Shown here piece after piece: positions 37,921-46,951 of a DNA stretch of 53,713 nucleotides. Below the pieces are notes generated by a model. The model was not told the DNA's origin, searched no databases, and was given only the letters and a program-made list of their open reading frames with translations. Position 1 is the stretch's first letter, and every line of letters begins with the position of its first letter. Where the stretch lies: positions 1 to 53,713 of the forward strand of contig DASYBY010000196.1 in NCBI GenBank assembly GCA_036500525.1, given 5' to 3'. Origin of the DNA: Baekduia sp. (GTDB lineage Bacteria > Actinomycetota > Thermoleophilia > Solirubrobacterales > Solirubrobacteraceae). The position numbers were made by a program, and so were the translations under genes.

Positions 37921-38735
37921 GACGCGGTCCAGCGCGGGTCGCGCTTCTCGACGAACGCCCGGATCCCCTCGACGCGATCGCTGCTGCGATAGGGGTCCGG
38001 GCCGACGTCGAGGCGCAGCGCCGTCGGCACCGGCAGCTCCCAGCCCTTGAGCGCCACGTGCTTGTAGCGGCGGACGGTGAGCGGCGCGTTGGCGGCGATC
38101 GTCTGGGCCAGCTCGCCGGCGCAGGCGGCGAGGTCGGCGGCGTCCACCACTTGGTTGAGGAGGCCGACCTCGTAGGCGCGCGCGGCCGTGATCGGCCGCG
38201 CGGTGTAGAGCAGCTCGAGCGCGATCGCGCGCGGGACCAGCCGCGGCAGCAGCACCGAGGCGAAGTTCGCGCCCATCCCACGCAGCGCCTCGGGCAGCTG
38301 GAGGTAGGCGTGCGGCGCGGCGACGCGCAGGTCGCAGGCCAGCGCCAGCTCACAGCCGGCGCCGACGGCCGGGCCGTTGAGCACCGCGATCGTCGGCTTG
38401 GGCGTCTCCAGGACGAGCTCGAAGATGTTGCGCCGCACGCCCGCCATCGGACGCTCGAAGGCGACGCCGCCGGCGTCGCGCTCGGCGTGCTCCTTGAGAT
38501 CGACGCCGGCGCAGAACGCCTGGTCACCCGCGCCGGTGAGCACGATGACCGCGATCTCGTCGTCGTCGCCGGCGGCGACGAACGCCTGTGCCAGCTCGTC
38601 CATGAGCCGCCGGCTCAGCGCGTTGCGGCGCAGCGGCCGGTCGAGCGTCAGGCGCGCGACGCCGCCCTCGCGCACGAGCGTGAGCGCCGGGGCGGCATCC
38701 TCGTCCAACCCGTCGCCGTCGGCCGCCTCGGTCAC
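37917..38735 (-). CDS. Enoyl-CoA hydratase/isomerase
   Basis: AFCAGVDL, GAGCEL, LPE (both catalytic Glu present). Confidence 0.9.
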   Translation of the reverse strand: MTEAADGDGLDEDAAPALTLVREGGVARLTLDRPLRRNALSRRLMDELAQAFVAAGDDDEIAVIVLTGAGDQAFCAGVDLKEHAERDAGGVAFERPMAGVRRNIFELVLETPKPTIAVLNGPAVGAGCELALACDLRVAAPHAYLQLPEALRGMGANFASVLLPRLVPRAIALELLYTARPITAARAYEVGLLNQVVDAADLAACAGELAQTIAANAPLTVRRYKHVALKGWELPVPTALRLDVGPDPYRSSDRVEGIRAFVEKRDPRWTAS

Positions 38736-39532
38736 AGGCGCGTGCCCGACGACTCCGGCGGCGGCGGGAGCGCGCTGTGCTTGGCGGTGGCGATGTTGCC
38801 GCCGTCGAGCACGATCACCTGGGCGTTGATGTGTCCGGCGTCGTCGTCGGAGAGCATCAGGGCGGTGTGCGCGAGGTCGCGCGGGATGCCGACGCGGCCG
38901 GTCGGCTGGTGCGGGATGAACGGCTCGCGCAGGTCCTCGGTGCCGACGAGGTTCGACGTCAGCGGCGTCACGATGAGCCCGGGCTCGATCGTGTTGAAGG
39001 TGACGCCCGCGGCCCCGAACTCGGGGACCAGCGCCAGCATCAGGCCCTTCAGCCCCGCCTTGGTCGCCGAGTACATCGGCGTCATCGCCACGCCGGCGGT
39101 CGCCGCCGTCGAGCCGATGAAGACGACCCGGCCGTGGCCGCGCTCGGCCATGCCGGGCACGAGCGCCTGCGTGATGAGGAACGGGCCGCGGAGGTTGATC
39201 CGCACGGCCGTGTCGAAGTCGTCGGGGCTGACCGCCGCCAGCGGCGTGAAGAAGAACGTGCCGGCGTTGTTGATGATGATGTCGGCCGGCCCGTAGGCCT
39301 CCTCGACCGCCGCTCGCGCCTTGGTCCCGACTTCCGGGTCCGACAGGTCGAGCTCGATGAAGGTGGCCTCACCGCCCTCGTCGCGGATCGCCTGGACGAC
39401 CGCCTCGCCCTTCTCGCGCTCGCGACCGCTGGCCACGACGCGGGCGCCGTGGCGCGCGAAGTGGCGCGCCGTCTCCTCCCCCAGCCCGGAGCTGGCCCCC
39501 GTCACCAGCGCAACGCGATTCTCGATACCCAT
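38732..39532 (-). CDS. Classical SDR oxidoreductase
   Basis: TGASSGLG, NNAG, YSATK. Confidence 0.92.
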   Translation of the reverse strand: MGIENRVALVTGASSGLGEETARHFARHGARVVASGREREKGEAVVQAIRDEGGEATFIELDLSDPEVGTKARAAVEEAYGPADIIINNAGTFFFTPLAAVSPDDFDTAVRINLRGPFLITQALVPGMAERGHGRVVFIGSTAATAGVAMTPMYSATKAGLKGLMLALVPEFGAAGVTFNTIEPGLIVTPLTSNLVGTEDLREPFIPHQPTGRVGIPRDLAHTALMLSDDDAGHINAQVIVLDGGNIATAKHSALPPPPESSGTRL

Positions 39533-39548
39533 TCAGTGCACCTCCGTC

Positions 39549-39974
39549 TCAGTTGGTTTGACCCGGGGCCGACGGCCCCACCAGCTCAACAAGCGTCCCG
39601 GCCACGTGCTCGGGGTCGACGAACCCGATCCGGGCGCCGCCTGCGCCTGCGCGTGCCGTCCGGTCGAACGTCGCCAAGCCCGCGTCGCGCAGTTCGGCCA
39701 GCGCCACGTCGGCGTCGTCGACGGCCAGCGCGATGTGGTGGACGCCGCCCTCGCCGGCGCGCAGGATCTCCGCGGCGCGGCTCTCGGGCGACGTCGGGCA
39801 CAGGAACTCGAGCGCGACGCCACCGAGGTCGACCCACAGGATCTCCACGCCGAGCGCGGGCTCCGCCACGGGCTCTCGCACCTCGGCGCCAAGCACCGCG
39901 CCGAAGACGCGGCGGATGGTTGCGAGGTCGTCGGTGATGATCCCCACGTGGTGGAAGCCGCGGATCGCCGTCAC
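39549..39974 (-). CDS. VOC protein, methylmalonyl-CoA epimerase-like
   Basis: FHHVGI, LEFL, GVHHIA, LVELV. GTG 39974 overlaps the ACAD stop. Confidence 0.85.
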   Translation of the reverse strand: MTAIRGFHHVGIITDDLATIRRVFGAVLGAEVREPVAEPALGVEILWVDLGGVALEFLCPTSPESRAAEILRAGEGGVHHIALAVDDADVALAELRDAGLATFDRTARAGAGGARIGFVDPEHVAGTLVELVGPSAPGQTN

Positions 39975-41200
39975 GCCGACGCGCCCTTCGGGACGGCGCC
40001 GTCCACGCTCGGCACGGCCGCGGGCCGCTGACCCAGCGCCGCCCCGCCCAGCGCCTCGCGGGCGATCAGGTAGCGGTGGATCTCGCTGGCGCCCTCGACG
40101 ATCCGGGCGACGCGCAGGTCGCGGAACCAGTGCTCGAGTGGCATGTCCTTCGAGACGCCCATGCCGCCGAGGATCTGGATCGCGCGGTCGACCACACGGA
40201 AGCCCATCTCGGTGCCGTAGAGCTTGGCGACCGAGGCCTCGGTGCGGGCGTCGCGGCCCTGGTCGTGGGCCCACGCGGCGCGCCAGGTCAGCAGCCGCGC
40301 GGCCTCGATCTCGACCAGCGAGTCGGCGATCGGGAACTGGACGCCCTGGCGCGTGGCGAGCAGCGCGCCGAAGGTCTCGCGCTGTTGGGCCCACTCGACG
40401 GCCAGACGGACGGATTCGGCGGCGACGCCGACGGCCTGCGCCGCGTAGGCCAGCCGCCCGCGCACGAGCCACTCCTGGACCAACGCGAAGCCCTGGCCCT
40501 CCTCGCCGATCAGGTTCGTGGCGGGGATCTCGCAGTCCTCGAGCGTCAACTCGGTGGTCCAGTGGTTGCGCAGGACTGGCACGCTGGTCGTGCTCATGCC
40601 GGGCGTGCCGGCGTCGACGACGAAGGCGCTGATGCCCCCGCGGCCGGCGGCCGAGTCGGTGCGGGCGTAGATGACGCCGTAGCGGCCGTGGTCGGCGTTG
40701 GTCGCCCACATCTTGCGGCCGTTCAAGATGTACTTGTCGCCCGAGCGCCGCGCGGTGGTGCGGATCGAGCGCGCCGGGTCCGAGCCGCCGGACGGCTCGC
40801 TGATCGCGGTGAACGACAGCCAGCCCTCGTCGATCGTCGGCCGGACGTACTCCTCGATCTGCCGCGGGCTCCCGCGGTACATGACCACCGGCGGGCTGAA
40901 CCCGAAGACGCCGGCGCCGGGGTGCGGGAACGCGAAGCGGTGCTTGGTCGCCTGCTCCCAGACGACCGCCATCTCAAAGGCCGACAGGCCGCCGCCGCCG
41001 AACTCCTTGGGCGCGTCGAGGCACCAGAAGCCGAGCTCCTTGGCCTTGGCCTGCAGGCCTGCGAGGACGTCGGCCGGCAGGTCGCGCGCAGCGGGGTCCA
41101 GCGCCGACTCGGCGGTCACGATCTCGTCGCGAACGAAGTCCGCGATGACGTCGCTGAGCATCTGCAGCTCGTCGGGCAGGTCGAATCCGGAGAAGGTCAT
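39971..41200 (-). CDS. Acyl-CoA dehydrogenase
   Basis: ISEPSGGSD, LNGRKMW, RETFG, QILGGMG, IVEGASEI. Confidence 0.93.
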   Translation of the reverse strand: MTFSGFDLPDELQMLSDVIADFVRDEIVTAESALDPAARDLPADVLAGLQAKAKELGFWCLDAPKEFGGGGLSAFEMAVVWEQATKHRFAFPHPGAGVFGFSPPVVMYRGSPRQIEEYVRPTIDEGWLSFTAISEPSGGSDPARSIRTTARRSGDKYILNGRKMWATNADHGRYGVIYARTDSAAGRGGISAFVVDAGTPGMSTTSVPVLRNHWTTELTLEDCEIPATNLIGEEGQGFALVQEWLVRGRLAYAAQAVGVAAESVRLAVEWAQQRETFGALLATRQGVQFPIADSLVEIEAARLLTWRAAWAHDQGRDARTEASVAKLYGTEMGFRVVDRAIQILGGMGVSKDMPLEHWFRDLRVARIVEGASEIHRYLIAREALGGAALGQRPAAVPSVDGAVPKGASA

Positions 41201-41207
41201 TGCGTCC

Positions 41208-41990
41208 TCAGTGCCCGACGTAGGTCGGCGTCCGGCGCTCGCGGAACGCCGCCAGCGCCTCGCGGGAGTCGTCGGTGGATTGGATGACGGCCATGTGCGA
41301 GGACGCGAGATCCAGCGCGGTCGCCAGGTCGGTCTCGGCCGACTGGTAGAGGGCGCGCTTGATGACGCGCGTGGCCACGGGCGGGCCCGCGGCGATCTTG
41401 TGCGCGAGCTCGTACGTCGCGTCGAGCAGCTCGTCGTCGTCGTGGACGCGGTTGACGAGGCCGATGCGGAGGGCCTCCTCGGCGTCGACGAAGTCACCGG
41501 TGAGGAAGAGCTCCAGCGCCTTCGCGCGGCCGACCAGGCGCGGCAGGAAGTACAGGCCGCCGGCGCCCGGGACGAGCCCGACGCGGATGTAGCTCTCGCA
41601 GAAGGTCGCCGAACGGCTCGCGAGCCGCAGGTCGCACATGAGCGCCATGTCCATCCCGGCGCCGACCGCCGGCCCGGAGACCGAGGCGATGATCGGCTTG
41701 TCGAGCGCCGCGACGGCGTGCGGCACCCGCTGGACCCGGTCGTGGAGCATCGACTTGCGGGCCAGCGGCGCGGTGCCGGTGTCGTCGAGCGTCCCGAGAT
41801 CGACGCCCGAGCAGAAGGCCTGGCCCTCACCGCGGACGACGACGACGCGAATGCTGTCGTCGTGGCGGGCACGGGTCAGTGCCTCTGCCCATTGATCGAT
41901 CATCTCGAGCGTGAACGCGTTCTTGCGCTCGGGCCGGTTGAGGAGGACGGTGGCGACCCCGCCGTCCTGGATGAACTCTAGATCACTCAC
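41208..41990 (-). CDS. Crotonase-family protein (PaaG-like subgroup)
   Basis: AFCSGVDL, GAGMDMAL, CESYIRVGLVP. Canonical Glu pair absent. Confidence 0.88.
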   Translation of the reverse strand: MSDLEFIQDGGVATVLLNRPERKNAFTLEMIDQWAEALTRARHDDSIRVVVVRGEGQAFCSGVDLGTLDDTGTAPLARKSMLHDRVQRVPHAVAALDKPIIASVSGPAVGAGMDMALMCDLRLASRSATFCESYIRVGLVPGAGGLYFLPRLVGRAKALELFLTGDFVDAEEALRIGLVNRVHDDDELLDATYELAHKIAAGPPVATRVIKRALYQSAETDLATALDLASSHMAVIQSTDDSREALAAFRERRTPTYVGH

Positions 41991-42022
41991 GTGTCAAGTA
42001 TAGCAATTGTATGTATGGATAA
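41991..42022 (-). promoter_or_regulatory. Probable leaderless promoter
   Basis: Minus strand reads TATACT-6nt-GTG start, with no Shine-Dalgarno. AT-rich. Confidence 0.6.
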
Positions 42023-42038
42023 AGGACAGACGACGGCC

Positions 42039-42066
42039 CGCCGGACGCTCCCAAGAGCGCCCGGCG
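42039..42066 (-). terminator. Stem-loop downstream of the substrate-binding gene
   Basis: Minus strand CGCCGGGCGCTC-TTGG-GAGCGTCCGGCG forms a 12-bp stem with one G-U pair that works only on this strand. Weak U-tract. Confidence 0.6.
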
Positions 42067-42080
42067 CAGACGCGCCACGA

Positions 42081-43364
42081 TCAGTTGGAGGCGTACAGCT
42101 CCGAGATCTTGGGGATCTCCAGCCACTCCTTGGAGATCACTTGCCACTTGCCGTCCTTGATCTGGGCTTCCTTGATCCAGTGGTTGGCGAAGTGCGAGTC
42201 GCCGGGCCCGAACGTGAACGGACCGCCCATGAACGGGTTCTCGACCGGCTTGAGGTTCTCCAGCGCCGTGCTGAGCGACTCGCGCGTGACGTCGCCGTTG
42301 ATCGACTTGATCGCCTCGGCGATCACCAGCGCCGAGACCCAGCCGCCCTCGTGCATGTTGGTGACCCCGTTCTTGGGGTTCAGCTTGGCCACCTCGGTCT
42401 GCACGTGCTGGACGTCGGGGTTGGTGATGTCCGGCTCCATCTCCGGGTCGCTGTAGACGTTGCCGTTGCCGGCCTCGCCCAGGGTCTCGGGCAGCGACTG
42501 CACGTAGTTCGGCGCCGGCCACAGCCAGGCGATCTTGCCCGCACCCTGCGCCTGGACGGCCTTCATCCACGGCGGCACGAGGGCGAAGTTGCCGACCAGC
42601 GCAACCGCCTCGCAGCCTGCCTTCTTGGCCTTCAGGATGTAGGACGTCGGGTCGCTCGTGGGCGAGAGCGTGTTGTCGTACAACGTCATCTTCAGCCCGC
42701 TCTGCTGCTCCCAGAGCTCGCGCGCCTTCTGGAACTGCCCGGCGTAGCCCGGGAGGCGCAGGAGCTCGGCGCAGACCTTGGTCTTGCCCAGGCCCTCCTT
42801 GGACGAGGCGAAGAACAGGTTGCCCAGCAGCGAGCCGGTCGGCCCGTTGTTGGCCATGGCGAAGACCGGCGACGTGTAGCAAGCCGGATTGACCCCGACG
42901 CCCGTCACCTTGATCTTCTGGGCGCGGTAGAACTTGTCGTTGACGGCGCAGTCGACGAAGCTCTCGTTGACCATGCCGACGACGCCGTCGCGCAGCACCA
43001 GCTGGCGCGCCGCCGTGGCCGAGGCCTGCGGGTCGCCCTTGTCGTCGACGACCTTGTAGTCGATCTTCTGACCACAGAGCCCGCCCTTGGCGTTGAGCTC
43101 GTTGAAGTACGCGGTCGCGCCCTCGGTGCCCTCGGCCACCGGGATCGCGCCCGTCAACCCGCCGACGCCGCCGATCTTGATCGGGCCGTCGGCCTTGCAA
43201 CCGCCGCTCGCGGCGGTCGTGCTCGATCCACCGGCCGGCTTCGCGTCAGCCGAGTCCGTGGACTTGTCGTCAGAACCGCAGGCAGCGAGCGCCGTGACGG
43301 ACGCCAGCAGCGCCACCACGATCAGCCACCGCCATTTCGGGGCGAAGAGACCCAAACGCTTCAC
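42081..43364 (-). CDS. ABC transporter substrate-binding lipoprotein (LivK/PBP1-like)
   Basis: Lipobox LAAC, GGLCGQKI, DDKGDP. RBS AGGAG before GTG 43364. Confidence 0.92.
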   Translation of the reverse strand: MKRLGLFAPKWRWLIVVALLASVTALAACGSDDKSTDSADAKPAGGSSTTAASGGCKADGPIKIGGVGGLTGAIPVAEGTEGATAYFNELNAKGGLCGQKIDYKVVDDKGDPQASATAARQLVLRDGVVGMVNESFVDCAVNDKFYRAQKIKVTGVGVNPACYTSPVFAMANNGPTGSLLGNLFFASSKEGLGKTKVCAELLRLPGYAGQFQKARELWEQQSGLKMTLYDNTLSPTSDPTSYILKAKKAGCEAVALVGNFALVPPWMKAVQAQGAGKIAWLWPAPNYVQSLPETLGEAGNGNVYSDPEMEPDITNPDVQHVQTEVAKLNPKNGVTNMHEGGWVSALVIAEAIKSINGDVTRESLSTALENLKPVENPFMGGPFTFGPGDSHFANHWIKEAQIKDGKWQVISKEWLEIPKISELYASN

Positions 43365-43382
43365 AATGCACTCTCCTGGTAA

Positions 43383-43430
43383 CCGCGGCGCTCGCCGCGG
43401 ATGTATGTGGTCCGGCGGAGGGCCGCCGGA
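43383..43430. repeat. Two tandem perfect hairpins between the ATPase and SBP genes
   Basis: CCGCGGCG-CT-CGCCGCGG (43383-43400) and TCCGGCGG-AGGG-CCGCCGGA (43411-43430). Confidence 0.7.
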
Positions 43431-43437
43431 TAAGTCC

Positions 43438-44163
43438 TCAGGTGGCTGACGGGAGGTCGGCCAGCGCCTGTCCCGCGCCGAGGTACGCCTCGCGCAGGCG
43501 CGCAGGCTCGGCAGCAAGCTCTTCACACGGGCCCGACAGGCGGATCTGCCCACGGTTGAGGACGTGGCCCTGGTCGCCGATGCCCAGCGCCAGCGCCGCG
43601 AACTGCTCGACCAGGAGCACACCGATGCCGTCGTCGGCCAGTTGCCGGAACACCGGCATGAGCCTCCGGACGATCACCGGGGCGAGCCCCGAGGACGCCT
43701 CGTCGACGAGCAGCATGCTCGGTCGCGAGGCCAGCGCCCGTGCGATGACGAGCATCTGCTGCTCGCCGCCCGAGAGCAGGCCGGCCGCCACGTGCAGCCG
43801 CTGCTCGAGCTCGGGGAAGTGGGCGAGCGCGGCGCGCTCGGCGTCGTCGTCGATCGCCGCGACGCGCAGGTTCTCCTGCGTCGTCAGCTCCGCGAAGACC
43901 GTGCGCCCCTGCTCCACGTGGGCGAGGCCGGCGCGGGCGCGGCGGACGCGGGAGGCGCGCGTGATGTCGACGCCGTCGAGCTCGATCTTCCCGCCGTTGG
44001 ACGGGATCAGGCCCGAGACCGCTTCCAACAACGTGGTCTTGCCGGCCCCGTTGGGACCGAGCAGCACGGTGACCTCGCCCGCCGGGGCGTGGAGGTCGAC
44101 CTCGCGGACGATGGTGAACCCCACGCGCGGGACGCAGAGGGCCGTGAGCCGCAGGCCCGACAT
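43438..44163 (-). CDS. ABC transporter ATP-binding protein (LivF-like)
   Basis: GPNGAGKT, LSGGEQQ, LLVDE, VEQ. Confidence 0.93.
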   Translation of the reverse strand: MSGLRLTALCVPRVGFTIVREVDLHAPAGEVTVLLGPNGAGKTTLLEAVSGLIPSNGGKIELDGVDITRASRVRRARAGLAHVEQGRTVFAELTTQENLRVAAIDDDAERAALAHFPELEQRLHVAAGLLSGGEQQMLVIARALASRPSMLLVDEASSGLAPVIVRRLMPVFRQLADDGIGVLLVEQFAALALGIGDQGHVLNRGQIRLSGPCEELAAEPARLREAYLGAGQALADLPSAT

Positions 44164-45959
44164 CAGACCGACACCTCGTCGCCGAGGTAGGCGCTGACGA
44201 CGACGCTGTCGGACAGCACCGTCGCCGGCGAGCCCGAGGCGATCACCTTGCCGAAGTCCAGGACGACCGCCTGGGTGGCTGCTGCCACGACCAGCTCCAT
44301 GTCGTGTTCGATGAGCAGCACCGCGGGCCCGAAGCGTGCGGGGATCTGGGCGATCGATGCCGCCAGCCGCTCGGACTCCGCGGCGGGCAGGCCCGCCGCG
44401 GGCTCGTCGAGCAGGACGACGCTCGGACGGGCCGCCACGGCGGCGGCGGCCTCCACCAGCCGACGCGACGCGACGTCGACGCCCGACAGGCGCCGGTGCT
44501 GCGGCGGGCAGTCGAAGAAGTCCAGCAGCTCCTGCAGCTCGGCCGCGCTCATCCGCGCGCTGCCGCGATGGGAGCCCAGCGCCAGCCGCAGGTACTGCTC
44601 GACGGTGAGGTCGGGGATCGTGCGGTCCTGCTGGAACGAGCGCCGCACGCCGGCGCGCACGCGCTGGTGGGCCAACAGCCCGTCGATGGCGTGGCCGTCG
44701 ACGAGGATCTCGCCCGAGTAGCCGCGGATGAAGCCGGTGACCGTGTCGACGAGCGTCGACTTGCCGGCCCCGTTGGGACCGATCAGCGCGGTCACCGTTC
44801 CGGGCTCGACACGCAGCGACACATCGTCGAGCGCCTTGACCGAGCCGTAGGTGACCGAAAGCCCGCGGATCTCCAGCGCCGCAGTGCCGTCCTTGGCCGG
44901 CGCAGGCCCACGCGGATCGTCGTGGCGATCGGCCGCGACGGCCGCGGCAGGCGCGATCGCGCCGCCGTCGGGCGCGTCGAGCAGCAGCGGGCGCTCGTTC
45001 GCGCCGATCAGCCGGCGCAGGCCGTCGCGGATCGCCTCGGCCCCGCCGAGGCCACCCTTGAGGCCCACGATCGCGCCGACGGCGAAGAGCAGGTTGGTGT
45101 AGTCCTGCGGGATGTTCCAGCTCTGGAACAGCTCCGGGAGGAAGACCCCGAGGGCACCCGCCAGCAGCGCGCCCTCCGGGTACTGCGCAGCGACCATGAT
45201 CGCGATGGCGAACGCGGTCAGCGACGTCAGCGGTACGAACGTCTCGATCTCGACCGACCCGAGCTGGGCGGCCAGCAGCGCGCCGGCGATGCCGGCGATG
45301 AACGCGCTCAGAGCGAAGGACGACAACTTGACGCGCGCGACGCTCCGGCCCAGTGCCGCGGCGGCACGCTCGCTGTGGCGCACCGCGCGCCAGCTCGCGC
45401 CCAGACGCGTCCGGTCGAGCACCGCCAGGCCCACGGCGATGACGACGAAGATGCCCGCACAGGCCCACAGGAAGCTGCCGTCGGTCTCCAACCAGCTCGG
45501 CCGGGTGACGGTGACGCCGTCGGAGTTGCCGGGGAAGTCGTTGACCGACAAGACGATCTGCACGGTCAGGGCGAAGGCGAGCGTGATGACCGCGAGGTTG
45601 ACCCCGCGCAGGCGCAACGCCGGGAGGCTCACCAGCAGGCTGACCGGCAGCATCGCCAGGCCGGAGACGAGGACCGCCAGTAGGAACGGCGCGCCGGAGG
45701 CGTGCGTGGCGAACCACAGCATCACCCAGGCGCCGAGGCCGGCGAAGCCCATCTGGCAGAGCGAGATCATGCCGGTGCGGCCCGTCACGACGCCGAGACT
45801 CAGCCCGACGATGGCCAGCACCAGCGCCGTCGTGCCGAGGAACTTCCCGTACGGGCTCAGCAGCGTACCGGCGAGCACCAGCGGCAGGCCGACGGCGACG
45901 ACGGGCCCGAGCCCGAGCAGCGCCTCGCGCGGGGACCGCAGGACGCTAGCGCGCGACAT
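44163..45959 (-). CDS. ABC transporter permease/ATP-binding fusion (LivM-LivG-like)
   Basis: PALRLRGVNL, GPNGAGKS, LLDEPAAGL, IEHDM. Confidence 0.92.
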   Translation of the reverse strand: MSRASVLRSPREALLGLGPVVAVGLPLVLAGTLLSPYGKFLGTTALVLAIVGLSLGVVTGRTGMISLCQMGFAGLGAWVMLWFATHASGAPFLLAVLVSGLAMLPVSLLVSLPALRLRGVNLAVITLAFALTVQIVLSVNDFPGNSDGVTVTRPSWLETDGSFLWACAGIFVVIAVGLAVLDRTRLGASWRAVRHSERAAAALGRSVARVKLSSFALSAFIAGIAGALLAAQLGSVEIETFVPLTSLTAFAIAIMVAAQYPEGALLAGALGVFLPELFQSWNIPQDYTNLLFAVGAIVGLKGGLGGAEAIRDGLRRLIGANERPLLLDAPDGGAIAPAAAVAADRHDDPRGPAPAKDGTAALEIRGLSVTYGSVKALDDVSLRVEPGTVTALIGPNGAGKSTLVDTVTGFIRGYSGEILVDGHAIDGLLAHQRVRAGVRRSFQQDRTIPDLTVEQYLRLALGSHRGSARMSAAELQELLDFFDCPPQHRRLSGVDVASRRLVEAAAAVAARPSVVLLDEPAAGLPAAESERLAASIAQIPARFGPAVLLIEHDMELVVAAATQAVVLDFGKVIASGSPATVLSDSVVVSAYLGDEVSV

Positions 45960-46803
45960 CCCACACCTCCTGACGCTGCGACCACATCAACATCAGCACC
46001 ACCACGACGAGCGGGACGACCGACTGGTACGGCGCGATGCTGCTGTAGTTGGTGGCGATGCCCTCGAGGATCCCGATCCCGATGCCGCCCGCCAGGGCGA
46101 GGTAGAAGCTCCGGAAGAGGCCGATCGCCGCGGCGGCGAACGCCGGGATGATCAGCAGCGAGAGGTCGGCGAACGCATTGGCCCGGGTGGGCGCGACCAT
46201 CTGCGTGCCGAGCGCGGTGATCGCGCCTGCCGCCGCCCAGACGGCGATCGCCAGCCAACGGGCGGGCACGCCGAGCAGCTCCGCGGTCTGCGGGCGCTCT
46301 GAGAGGGCGCGCAGGCGCAGCCCGACGCGCGTGCGCCCGAGGAAGACGCTCAGCCCCACGGCGACGAGGATCGTGGCGACCACGATCGCGATCGCGTCGT
46401 GGGTGACGACGACGCCCGAGATCTTGATCCCGTGTGAGCCGAAGAGCGACGGGACGTTGCGGGGCTGGTCCCCGAAGACCCGGTAGCCGATCATCAACAG
46501 CCCGATCAGCATCGCGATGGCGACCGTCGAGCGCGTCTCGATCCGCGCGTCGGCGAACCAGAGCGCCATCACCGCGCCGAGCAGCGCCGCGACGCCCGCC
46601 GCCGCGCCGACACCCGCGAGCGTCGCCACCAGGTACGACTGGTCATGCGCGTAGACCGCGCTCATCGTGAAGGTCCCGAAGGCCCCGATGGCGGCGAGCG
46701 AGAAATTCAGCACGCGCACCATCCGGAACATCAACACCACCACGACGGCGAGCATGGCGTATGCCCCGCCCGCCACCAGCCCGGCCACGCCTGACTGGAT
46801 CAC
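45946..46803 (-). CDS. ABC transporter permease (LivH-like)
   Basis: RMVRVLNF, RTRVGLRLRA. GTG start with RBS GGAG. Confidence 0.9.
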   Translation of the reverse strand: MIQSGVAGLVAGGAYAMLAVVVVLMFRMVRVLNFSLAAIGAFGTFTMSAVYAHDQSYLVATLAGVGAAAGVAALLGAVMALWFADARIETRSTVAIAMLIGLLMIGYRVFGDQPRNVPSLFGSHGIKISGVVVTHDAIAIVVATILVAVGLSVFLGRTRVGLRLRALSERPQTAELLGVPARWLAIAVWAAAGAITALGTQMVAPTRANAFADLSLLIIPAFAAAAIGLFRSFYLALAGGIGIGILEGIATNYSSIAPYQSVVPLVVVVLMLMWSQRQEVWDVAR

Positions 46804-46951
46804 TTCTCCGACCCTCGGAACATACGCCTCTCCTCCTACAAGGGTGATGCGGTAACCCGGCTAACCATACACATAATACACTCGATAGCAACGCAGTCGA
46901 TCCCTATGATGCACACGGACGCCACCAACTCAGGACCGAGACGGAGCAGAG

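Noticed and set aside
43438-45717. Long N-terminal extensions in the ORF track (also 11013, 18373-19614, 39549-40709, 39971-41872, 51032-52717) suggesting fusions
   Set aside because: The extensions overlap the upstream real gene in another frame. True starts are coupled to, or lie just after, the upstream stop.
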